Below are positions 1-10,900 of a stretch of DNA of 64,000 bases, in pieces; within the stretch, counting starts at the first letter, position 1; the number at the start of each line of letters is the position of its first letter. This DNA is from the human T2T-CHM13v2.0 reference genome, Homo sapiens. The stretch lies in NCBI RefSeq assembly GCF_009914755.1, contig NC_060930.1; one strand, 5' to 3'. The notes beneath the pieces were generated by a model. That model was not told the DNA's origin and made no database searches. It saw only the letters and a list, made by a program, of their open reading frames with translations. A program made the position numbers and the translations under genes.

Positions 1-488
1 TCATGTAACTCTAGATTGAAGAATTCTCAGAAACTCCTTTGTGATGTGTGCATTCAATTCAAAGAGTGAAACCTCTCTTTTCACAGAGCAGTTTTGAAAC
101 ACTGTTTTTGTAGGATTTCCAAGGGGATATTTATAGCGCATTGAGCCTACGGCGGAAAAAGAAACATCTTCCTATAAAAACTAGACAGAATACTTCTCAG
201 AATCTGCTTTGCGATGTGTGCGTTCAACTCACAGAGTAAAACTTTTCTTTTGATAGAGCAGTTTTGAAACACTCTTTTTGTAGTATTTGCATGTGTATAT
301 TTAGAGCGCATTGAAGCCCACAGTAGAAAAGGAAATAACTTCACCTAAAACCTAGACAGAAGCAATCACAGAAACTACTTTGTGATGTGTACATTCAACT
401 CACAGAGTGGAACTTTCCTCTTTATAGAGCAGTGTTGAAACACTCTTTTTGTAGAAACTGCAAGTGGATATTTGGACCTCTTTGAGGC

Positions 489-505
489 CTTCGTTGGAAA
501 CGGGA
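489..505 (+). promoter_or_regulatory. CENP-B box (monomer 3; recurs at the same offset in every HOR)
   Basis: CTTCGTTGGAAACGGGA matches the consensus NTTCGNNNNANNCGGGN. Confidence 0.95.
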
Positions 506-828
506 TTTCTTCCTATAACCCTAGACAGAAGAATTTTCAGAAACCTCATTGTGATGTGTGCGTTCATCTCACAGAGTGGAGTCTTCCGTTTGATAGAGAA
601 GTTTTGAAACCCTGTTCTTGTAGGATTTCCAAGTGGATATTTAGACCACTTTGAAGCCTATGATAGAAAAGGAAACATCTTCATGGAAAACATAGATAGA
701 ATCATCCTCAGAAACAACTTTGTGATGTGTGCGTTGAACTCACCGTCTTTAACCTTTCTTTTGGTAGAGAAGTTTTGAAACACTCTCTTTGTAAAGTCTA
801 CAAGTGGATATTTTGAGCCCTTGGAGGC

Positions 829-845
829 ATTCTTTGGAAAAGGGA
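829..845 (+). other. Degenerate CENP-B box, predicted non-binding (monomer 5, fixed in all HORs)
   Basis: ATTCTTTGGAAAAGGGA; both CpGs of the core are lost. Confidence 0.85.
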
Positions 846-1170
846 ATGTCTTCACATAAAAGGCAGACGGAAGTGTTCTCAGAAACTGCTTTGTGATGTC
901 TGTGTTCAACTCACAGAGTTTAACATTTCCTTTGATAGAGCGGTTTAGTAACCCTCTCTTTGTAGAATTTGGAAGTGTATACTAAGAGCGCTTTGAGGCC
1001 TATGGTAGAAAAGGAAATATCTTTCCATAAAAGCTAGACAGAAGCAATCTCAGAAACTCCTCTGTGATGTCTGCATTCAACTCACCGAGTGGAACATTCC
1101 TCTTGATAGAGCAGTTTGGAAACACTCTTTCTGTAGAATCAGCTTGTTTGTATTTGGACCTCCTTGAGGC

Positions 1171-1187
1171 CTTCGTTGGAAACGGGT
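1171..1187 (+). promoter_or_regulatory. CENP-B box (monomer 7; recurs in every HOR)
   Basis: CTTCGTTGGAAACGGGT; all 9 core bases are intact. Confidence 0.95.
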
Positions 1188-1510
1188 TTTCATCTTATAA
1201 ACCCAGACAGAAGAATTCTCAGAGTCTTCTTTGTGATGTGTGCTTTCAACTCACCGAGATAAAGATTTCTCTTGATAGAGCAATTTGGAAACACTCTTTT
1301 TGTAGAATTTGCAAGGGTACATTGAGAGCGCTTTCAGGCCTATGGTAGAAAAGGGAATATCTTTCCATAAAAGGTAGACAGAAGCAATCTCAGAAACTAC
1401 TTTGTGATGTGTGCATTCAACTCACCGAGTGCAACGTTCCTCTTGACCGAGCAGTTTGGAAACATTGTTTCTGTAGAATCTGCAAGTGGATATTTGGACC
1501 TCTTTGAGGC

Positions 1511-1527
1511 CTTCGTTGGAAACGGGA
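1511..1527 (+). promoter_or_regulatory. CENP-B box (monomer 9; recurs in every HOR)
   Basis: CTTCGTTGGAAACGGGA. Confidence 0.95.
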
Positions 1528-1599
1528 TTTCTTCCTATAAACCCAGACAGAAGAATTCTCAGAGACTTCTTTGTGATGTGTGAATTCAACTCACAGTGT

Positions 1600-1605
1600 G
1601 GATCC
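1600..1605. other. BamHI site, one seen per HOR (predicts 3057 and 2551 bp fragments)
   Basis: GGATCC in cacagtgtggatccttcc, at the same offset in each unit. Confidence 0.9.
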
Positions 1606-1850
1606 TTCCTTTTGATAGAGCAGTTTTGAAACCCTGTTTTTGTAGTATTTCCAAGCGGATATTTGGAACGCCTTGAAGCGTATGGTAGAAAAGGAAATAT
1701 CTTCCCATAAAACCTAGACAGAACCAATCTCAGAAACGACTTTGTGATGTCTGCATTCAAGTCACAGAGTTGAACATTTCTCTTGATAGAGCAGTTTTGA
1801 AACCCTCTTTCTGAAGGATCTGCAAGTGGATATTTGGAACTCCTTTGGGT

Positions 1851-1867
1851 CTTCGTTGGAAACGGGA
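1851..1867 (+). promoter_or_regulatory. CENP-B box (monomer 11; immediately upstream of the 15-mer junction)
   Basis: CTTCGTTGGAAACGGGA. Confidence 0.95.
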
Positions 1868-2190
1868 TTTCTTCGTATAAATCTAGACAGAAGAATTCTC
1901 AGAAACTTCCTTGTGATGTGTGCATTCAACTCAGCGAGTGGCACCTTCCTTTGGATACAGCAGTTTTGAAACACTGTTTTTGTAGTATTTCCAAGCGGAT
2001 ATTTAGAGCGCCTTGAAGCCTATGCTAGAAATGGAAATATCTCCCCATAAAACCAAGACGGAAGCAATCTCAGAAACTAATGTGTGATGGCTGCATTCCA
2101 CACACACGGTGGACCATTTCTCTTGATAGAGCAGTTTTGAAACACTCTTTCTGTAGAATCTGCAAGTGGATAATTGGACCTCCTAGAGGC

Positions 2191-2207
2191 CTTCGTTGGA
2201 AACGGGA
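2191..2207 (+). promoter_or_regulatory. CENP-B box (monomer 16 in 18-mer numbering; recurs in every complete HOR)
   Basis: CTTCGTTGGAAACGGGA. Confidence 0.95.
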
Positions 2208-2529
2208 TTTCTTCATCTAAACCTACAGAGAAGTATTCTCAGTAACTTCTTCGGATGTGTGCATTCGACGCACAGAATGGAACATTCCCTTTGATAGAGC
2301 AGTTTTGAGACACCGTTTTTGTAGAATTCCCAAGTGGATATTTAGAGCACTTTGAAGTCTCTGCTAGAAAAGGAAACATCTTCATGTAAAAAGTAGATAG
2401 AATCGTTCTCAGAAAGTGCTTAGTGTTGTGTGCGTTCAACTCACAGAGTTTAACGTTTCTTTTGATAGAGCGTTTCTGAAACACCCTTCTTGTAGTAGCT
2501 GCAAGTGGATATTTGGACCTATTGGAGGC

Positions 2530-2546
2530 CTTCTTTGGAAATGGGA
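2530..2546 (+). other. Degenerate CENP-B box, predicted non-binding (monomer 18, fixed in all complete HORs)
   Basis: CTTCTTTGGAAATGGGA; both CpGs of the core are lost. Confidence 0.85.
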
Positions 2547-4738
2547 TTTCTTCATGTAACTCTAGATTGAAGAATTCTCAGAAACTCCTTTGTGATGTGT
2601 GCATTCAATTCAAAGAGTGAAACCTCCCTTTTCACAGAGCAGTTTTGAAACACTGTTTTTGTAGGATTTCCAAGGGGATATTTATAGCGCATTGAGCCTA
2701 CGGCGGAAAAAGAAACATCTTCCTATAAAAACTAGACAGAATACTTCTCAGAATCTGCTTTGCGATGTGTGCGTTCAACTCACAGAGTAAAACTTTTCTT
2801 TTGATAGAGCAGTTTTGAAACACTCTTTTTGTAGTATTTGCATGTGTATATTTAGAGCGCATTGAAGCCCACAGTAGAAAAGGAAATAACTTCACCTAAA
2901 ACCTAGACAGAAGCAATCACAGAAACTACTTTGTGATGTGTACATTCAACTCACAGAGTGGAACTTTCCTCTTTATAGAGCAGTGTTGAAACACTCTTTT
3001 TGTAGAAACTGCAAGTGGATATTTGGACCTCTTTGAGGCCTTCGTTGGAAACGGGATTTCTTCCTATAACCCTAGACAGAAGAATTTTCAGAAACCTCAT
3101 TGTGATGTGTGCGTTCATCTCACAGAGTGGAGTCTTCCGTTTGATAGAGAAGTTTTGAAACCCTGTTCTTGTAGGATTTCCAAGTGGATATTTAGACCAC
3201 TTTGAAGCCTATGATAGAAAAGGAAACATCTTCATGGAAAACATAGATAGAATCATCCTCAGAAACAACTTTGTGATGTGTGCGTTGAACTCACCGTCTT
3301 TAACCTTTCTTTTGGTAGAGAAGTTTTGAAACACTCTCTTTGTAAAGTCTACAAGTGGATATTTTGAGCCCTTGGAGGCATTCTTTGGAAAAGGGAATGT
3401 CTTCACATAAAAGGCAGACGGAAGTGTTCTCAGAAACTGCTTTGTGATGTCTGTGTTCAACTCACAGAGTTTAACATTTCCTTTGATAGAGCGGTTTAGT
3501 AACCCTCTCTTTGTAGAATTTGGAAGTGTATACTAAGAGCGCTTTGAGGCCTATGGTAGAAAAGGAAATATCTTTCCATAAAAGCTAGACAGAAGCAATC
3601 TCAGAAACTCCTCTGTGATGTCTGCATTCAACTCACCGAGTGGAACATTCCTCTTGATAGAGCAGTTTGGAAACACTCTTTCTGTAGAATCAGCTTGTTT
3701 GTATTTGGACCTCCTTGAGGCCTTCGTTGGAAACGGGTTTTCATCTTATAAACCCAGACAGAAGAATTCTCAGAGTCTTCTTTGTGATGTGTGCTTTCAA
3801 CTCACCGAGATAAAGATTTCTCTTGATAGAGCAATTTGGAAACACTCTTTTTGTAGAATTTGCAAGGGTACATTGAGAGCGCTTTCAGGCCTATGGTAGA
3901 AAAGGGAATATCTTTCCATAAAAGGTAGACAGAAGCAATCTCAGAAACTACTTTGTGATGTGTGCATTCAACTCACCGAGTGCAACGTTCCTCTTGACCG
4001 AGCAGTTTGGAAACATTGTTTCTGTAGAATCTGCAAGTGGATATTTGGACCTCTTTGAGGCCTTCGTTGGAAACGGGATTTCTTCCTATAAACCCAGACA
4101 GAAGAATTCTCAGAGACTTCTTTGTGATGTGTGAATTCAACTCACAGTGTGGATCCTTCCTTTTGATAGAGCAGTTTTGAAACCCTGTTTTTGTAGTATT
4201 TCCAAGCGGATATTTGGAACGCCTTGAAGCGTATGGTAGAAAAGGAAATATCTTCCCATAAAACCTAGACAGAACCAATCTCAGAAACGACTTTGTGATG
4301 TCTGCATTCAAGTCACAGAGTTGAACATTTCTCTTGATAGAGCAGTTTTGAAACCCTCTTTCTGAAGGATCTGCAAGTGGATATTTGGAACTCCTTTGGG
4401 TCTTCGTTGGAAACGGGATTTCTTCGTATAAATCTAGACAGAAGAATTCTCCGAAACTTCTTTGGTTGTGTGCATTCAAGTCACAGAGTGGAACCTTCCT
4501 TTGGATAGAGCAGTTTGAAACGCCGTGGTTGTAGTATTTCCAAGCGGATATTAGAGCGCCTTGAGGCCTATGGTAGAAAAGGAAATATCTTCCCATAAAA
4601 CCTAGACGGAAGCAATCTCAGAAACTACTGTGTGATGGCTGCATTCCACACACACGGTGGAACATTTCTCTTGATAGAGCAGTTTTGAAACACTCTTTCT
4701 GTAGAATCTGCAAGTGGATAATTGGACCGCCTTGAGGC

Positions 4739-4755
4739 CTTCGTTGGAAACGGGA
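4739..4755 (+). promoter_or_regulatory. CENP-B box specific to 18-mers (monomer 13)
   Basis: CTTCGTTGGAAACGGGA inside the 506 bp trimer. Confidence 0.95.
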
Positions 4756-4907
4756 TTTCTTCATGTTACTCTAGATAGAAGAATTCTCAAACACTGCTAT
4801 GTGATGTTTGCATTCAAGTCACAGAGTGCAACATTCCTCTTGGTAGAGCAGTTGGGAAACACTCCTTTTGTAGAATCTGCAATGGGATATTTGGACTTCT
4901 TTGAGGC

Positions 4908-4924
4908 CTTCGTTGGAAACGGGA
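4908..4924 (+). promoter_or_regulatory. CENP-B box specific to 18-mers (monomer 14)
   Basis: CTTCGTTGGAAACGGGA, only 169 bp after the previous box. Confidence 0.95.
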
Positions 4925-7900
4925 TTTCTTCGTATGAATCTAGACAGAAGAATTCTCAGAAACTTCCTTGTGATGTGTGCATTCAACTCAGCGAGTGGCA
5001 CCTTCCTTTGGATACAGCAGTTTTGAAACACTGTTTTTGTAGTATTTCCAAGCGGATATTTAGAGCGCCTTGAAGCCTATGCTAGAAATGGAAATATCTC
5101 CCCATAAAACCAAGACGGAAGCAATCTCAGAAACTAATGTGTGATGGCTGCATTCCACACACACGGTGGACCATTTCTCTTGATAGAGCAGTTTTGAAAC
5201 ACTCTTTCTGTAGAATCTGCAAGTGGATAATTGGACCTCCTAGAGGCCTTCGTTGGAAACGGGATTTCTTCATCTAAACCTACAGAGAAGAATTCTCAGT
5301 AACTTCTTCGGATGTGTGCATTCGACGCACAGAATGGAACATTCCCTTTGATAGAGCAGTTTTGAGACACCGTTTTTGTAGAATTCCCAAGTGGATATTT
5401 AGAGCACTTTGAAGTCTCTGCTAGAAAAGGAAACATCTTCATGTAAAAAGTAGATAGAATCGTTCTCAGAAAGTGCTTAGTGACGTGTGCGTTCAACTCA
5501 CAGAGTTTAACGTTTCTTTTGATAGAGCGTTTCTGAAACACCCTTCTTGTAGTAGCTGCAAGTGGATATTTGGACCTATTGGAGGCCTTCTTTGGAAATG
5601 GGATTTCTTCATGTAACTCTAGATTGAAGAGTTCTCAGAAACTCCTTTGTGATGTGTGCATTCAATTCAAAGAGTGAAACCTCCCTTTTCACAGAGCAGT
5701 TTTGAAACACTGTTTTTGTAGGATTTCCAAGGGGATATTTATAGCGCATTGAGCCTACGGCGGAAAAAGAAACATCTTCCTATAAAAACTAGACAGAATA
5801 CTTCTCAGAATCTGCTTTGCGATGTGTGCGTTCAACTCACAGAGTAAAACTTTTCTTTTGATAGAGCAGTTTTGAAACACTCTTTTTGTAGTATTTGCAT
5901 GTGTATATTTAGAGCGCATTGAAGCCCACAGTAGAAAAGGAAATAACTTCACCTAAAACCTAGACAGAAGCAATCTCAGAAACTACTTTGTGATGTGTAC
6001 ATTCAACTCACAGAGTGGAACTTTCCTCTTTATAGAGCAGTGTTGAAACACTCTTTTTGTAGAAACTGCAAGTGGATATTTGGACCTCTTTGAGGCCTTC
6101 GTTGGAAACGGGATTTCTTCCTATAACCCTAGACAGAAGAATTTTCAGAAACCTCATTGTGATGTGTGCGTTCATCTCACAGAGTGGAGTCTTCCGTTTG
6201 ATAGAGAAGTTTTGAAACCCTGTTCTTGTAGGATTTCCAAGTGGATATTTAGACCACTTTGAAGCCTATGATAGAAAAGGAAACATCTTCATGGAAAACA
6301 TAGATAGAATCATCCTCAGAAACAACTTTGTGATGTGTGCGTTGAACTCACCATCTTTAACCTTTCTTTTGGTAGAGAAGTTTTGAAACACTCTCTTTGT
6401 AAAGTCTACAAGTGGATATTTTGAGCCCTTGGAGGCATTCTTTGGAAAAGGGAATGTCTTCACATAAAAGGCAGACGGAAGTGTTCTCAGAAACTGCTTT
6501 GTGATGTCTGTGTTCAACTCACAGAGTTTAACATTTCCTTTGATAGAGCGGTTTAGTAACCCTCTCTTTGTAGAATTTGGAAGTGTATACTAAGAGCGCT
6601 TTGAGGCCTATGGTAGAAAAGGAAATATCTTTCCATAAAAGCTAGACAGAAGCAATCTCAGAAACTCCTTTGCGATGTCTGCATTCAACTCACCGAGTGG
6701 AACATTCCTCTTGAGAGAGCAGTTTGGAAACACTCTTTCTGTAGAATCAGCTTGTTTGTATTTGGACCTCCTTGAGGCCTTCGTTGGAAACGGGTTTTCA
6801 TCTTATAAACCCAGACAGAAGAATTCTCAGAGTCTTCTTTGTGATGTGTGCTTTCAACTCACCGAGATAAAGATTTCTCTTGATAGAGCAATTTGGAAAC
6901 ACTCTTTTTGTAGAATTTGCAAGGGTACATTGAGAGCGCTTTCAGGCCTATGGTAGAAAAGGGAATATCTTTCCATAAAAGGTAGACAGAAGCAATCTCA
7001 GAAACTACTTTGTGATGTGTGCATTCAACTCACCGAGTGCAACGTTCCTCTTGACCGAGCAGTTTGGAAACATTGTTTCTGTAGAATCTGCAAGTGGATA
7101 TTTGGACCTCTTTGAGGCCTTCGTTGGAAACGGGATTTCTTCCTATAAACCCAGACAGAAGAATTCTCAGAGACTTCTTTGTGATGTGTGAATTCAACTC
7201 ACAGTGTGGATCCTTCCTTTTGATAGAGCAGTTTTGAAACCCTGTTTTTGTAGTATTTCCAAGCGGATATTCGGAACGCCTTGAAGCGTATGGTAGAAAA
7301 GGAAATATCTTCCCATAAAACCTAGACAGAACCAATCTCAGAAACGACTTTGTGATGTCTGCATTCAAGTCACAGAGTTGAACATTTCTCTTGATAGAGC
7401 AGTTTTGAAACCCTCTTTCTGAAGGATCTGCAAGTGGATATTTGGAACTCCTTTGGGTCTTCGTTGGAAACGGGATTTCTTCGTATAAATCTAGACAGAA
7501 GAATTCTCCGAAACTTCTTTGGTTGTGTGCATTCAAGTCACAGAGTGGAACCTTCCTTTGGATAGAGCAGTTTGAAACGCCGTGGTTGTAGTATTTCCAA
7601 GCGGATATTAGAGCGCCTTGAGGCCTATGGTAGAAAAGGAAATATCTTCCCATAAAACCTAGACGGAAGCAATCTCAGAAACTACTGTGTGATGGCTGCA
7701 TTCCACACACACGGTGGAACATTTCTCTTGATAGAGCAGTTTTGAAACACTCTTTCTGTAGAATCTGCAAGTGGATAATTGGACCGCCTTGAGGCCTTCG
7801 TTGGAAACGGGATTTCTTCATGTTACTCTAGATAGAAGAATTCTCAAACACTGCTATGTGATGTTTGCATTCAAGTCACAGAGTGCAACATTCCTCTTGG

Positions 7901-10900
7901 TAGAGCAGTTGGGAAACACTCCTTTTGTAGAATCTGCAATGGGATATTTGGACTTCTTTGAGGCCTTCGTTGGAAACGGGATTTCTTCGTATGAATCTAG
8001 ACAGAAGAATTCTCAGAAACTTCCTTGTGATGTGTGCATTCAACTCAGCGAGTGGCACCTTCCTTTGGATACAGCAGTTTTGAAACACTGTTTTTGTAGT
8101 ATTTCCAAGCGGATATTTAGAGCGCCTTGAAGCCTATGCTAGAAATGGAAATATCTCCCCATAAAACCAAGACAGAAGCAATCTCAGAAACTAATGTGTG
8201 ATGGCTGCATTCCACACACACGGTGGACCATTTCTCTTGATAGAGCAGTTTTGAAACACTCTTTCTGTAGAATCTGCAAGTGGATAATTGGACCTCCTAG
8301 AGGCCTTCGTTGGAAACGGGATTTCTTCATCTAAACCTACAGAGAAGAATTCTCAGTAACTTCTTCGGATGTGTGCATTCGACGCACAGAATGGAACATT
8401 CCCTTTGATAGAGCAGTTTTGAGACACCGTTTTTGTAGAATTCCCAAGTGGATATTTAGAGCACTTTGAAGTCTCTGCTAGAAAAGGAAACATCTTCATG
8501 TAAAAAGTAGATAGAATCGTTCTCAGAAAGTGCTTAGTGACGTGTGCGTTCAACTCACAGAGTTTAACGTTTCTTTTGATAGAGCGTTTCTGAAACACCC
8601 TTCTTGTAGTAGCTGCAAGTGGATATTTGGACCTATTGGAGGCCTTCTTTGGAAATGGGATTTCTTCATGTAACTCTAGATTGAAGAGTTCTCAGAAACT
8701 CCTTTGTGATGTGTGCATTCAATTCAAAGAGTGAAACCTCCCTTTTCACAGAGCAGTTTTGAAACACTGTTTTTGTAGGATTTCCAAGGGGATATTTATA
8801 GCGCATTGAGCCTACGGCGGAAAAAGAAACATCTTCCTATAAAAACTAGACAGAATACTTCTCAGAATCTGCTTTGCGATGTGTGCGTTCAACTCACAGA
8901 GTAAAACTTTTCTTTTGATAGAGCAGTTTTGAAACACTCTTTTTGTAGTATTTGCATGTGTATATTTAGAGCGCATTGAAGCCCACAGTAGAAAAGGAAA
9001 TAACTTCACCTAAAACCTAGACAGAAGCAATCTCAGAAACTACTTTGTGATGTGTACATTCAACTCACAGAGTGGAACTTTCCTCTTTATAGAGCAGTGT
9101 TGAAACACTCTTTTTGTAGAAACTGCAAGTGGATATTTGGACCTCTTTGAGGCCTTCGTTGGAAACGGGATTTCTTCCTATAACCCTAGACAGAAGAATT
9201 TTCAGAAACCTCATTGTGATGTGTGCGTTCATCTCACAGAGTGGAGTCTTCCGTTTGATAGAGAAGTTTTGAAACCCTGTTCTTGTAGGATTTCCAAGTG
9301 GATATTTAGACCACTTTGAAGCCTATGATAGAAAAGGAAACATCTTCATGGAAAACATAGATAGAATCATCCTCAGAAACAACTTTGTGATGTGTGCGTT
9401 GAACTCACCGTCTTTAACCTTTCTTTTGGTAGAGAAGTTTTGAAACACTCTCTTTGTAAAGTCTACAAGTGGATATTTTGAGCCCTTGGAGGCATTCTTT
9501 GGAAAAGGGAATGTCTTCACATAAAAGGCAGACGGAAGTGTTCTCAGAAACTGCTTTGTGATGTCTGTGTTCAACTCACAGAGTTTAACATTTCCTTTGA
9601 TAGAGCGGTTTAGTAACCCTCTCTTTGTAGAATTTGGAAGTGTATACTAAGAGCGCTTTGAGGCCTATGGTAGAAAAGGAAATATCTTTCCATAAAAGCT
9701 AGACAGAAGCAATCTCAGAAACTCCTTTGCGATGTCTGCATTCAACTCACCGAGTGGAACATTCCTCTTGAGAGAGCAGTTTGGAAACACTCTTTCTGTA
9801 GAATCAGCTTGTTTGTATTTGGACCTCCTTGAGGCCTTCGTTGGAAACGGGTTTTCATCTTATAAACCCAGACAGAAGAATTCTCAGAGTCTTCTTTGTG
9901 ATGTGTGCTTTCAACTCACCGAGATAAAGATTTCTCTTGATAGAGCAATTTGGAAACACTCTTTTTGTAGAATTTGCAAGGGTACATTGAGAGCGCTTTC
10001 AGGCCTATGGTAGAAAAGGGAATATCTTTCCATAAAAGGTAGACAGAAGCAATCTCAGAAACTACTTTGTGATGTGTGCATTCAACTCACCGAGTGCAAC
10101 GTTCCTCTTGACCGAGCAGTTTGGAAACATTGTTTCTGTAGAATCTGCAAGTGGATATTTGGACCTCTTTGAGGCCTTCGTTGGAAACGGGATTTCTTCC
10201 TATAAACCCAGACAGAAGAATTCTCAGAGACTTCTTTGTGATGTGTGAATTCAACTCACAGTGTGGATCCTTCCTTTTGATAGAGCAGTTTTGAAACCCT
10301 GTTTTTGTAGTATTTCCAAGCGGATATTCGGAACGCCTTGAAGCGTATGGTAGAAAAGGAAATATCTTCCCATAAAACCTAGACAGAACCAATCTCAGAA
10401 ACGACTTTGTGATGTCTGCATTCAAGTCACAGAGTTGAACATTTCTCTTGATAGAGCAGTTTTGAAACCCTCTTTCTGAAGGATCTGCAAGTGGATATTT
10501 GGAACTCCTTTGGGTCTTCGTTGGAAACGGGATTTCTTCGTATAAATCTAGACAGAAGAATTCTCCGAAACTTCTTTGGTTGTGTGCATTCAAGTCACAG
10601 AGTGGAACCTTCCTTTGGATAGAGCAGTTTGAAACGCCGTGGTTGTAGTATTTCCAAGCGGATATTAGAGCGCCTTGAGGCCTATGGTAGAAAAGGAAAT
10701 ATCTTCCCATAAAACCTAGACGGAAGCAATCTCAGAAACTACTGTGTGATGGCTGCATTCCACACACACGGTGGAACATTTCTCTTGATAGAGCAGTTTT
10801 GAAACACTCTTTCTGTAGAATCTGCAAGTGGATAATTGGACCGCCTTGAGGCCTTCGTTGGAAACGGGATTTCTTCATGTTACTCTAGATAGAAGAATTC

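Larger units (their letters stand above)
1..2551. repeat. HOR unit U1, 15-mer deletion variant (2551 bp)
   Basis: Start motif tcatgtaactctagattgaa recurs at 2552. The junction ...cgtataaatctagacagaagaattctc|agaaacttccttg at 1900/1901 skips a 506 bp trimer. Confidence 0.95.
4452..4957. repeat. 506 bp monomer trimer (monomers 12-14), present in 18-mers and absent in 15-mers
   Basis: 3057-2551=506; flanked by two copies of aatctagacagaagaattctc (ending 4451 and 4957). Confidence 0.93.

Noticed and set aside
485-490. Short palindromes (AGGCCT before boxes, GAATTC, TCTAGA)
   Set aside because: These are ordinary 6 bp restriction-site palindromes of alphoid DNA. I could not identify a long dyad or hairpin by eye that would support a structural claim.
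2098-2108. Short (CA)n run ccacacacacg
   Set aside because: Only four repeats, invariant in length across units; it is a fixed monomer variant rather than an active microsatellite.
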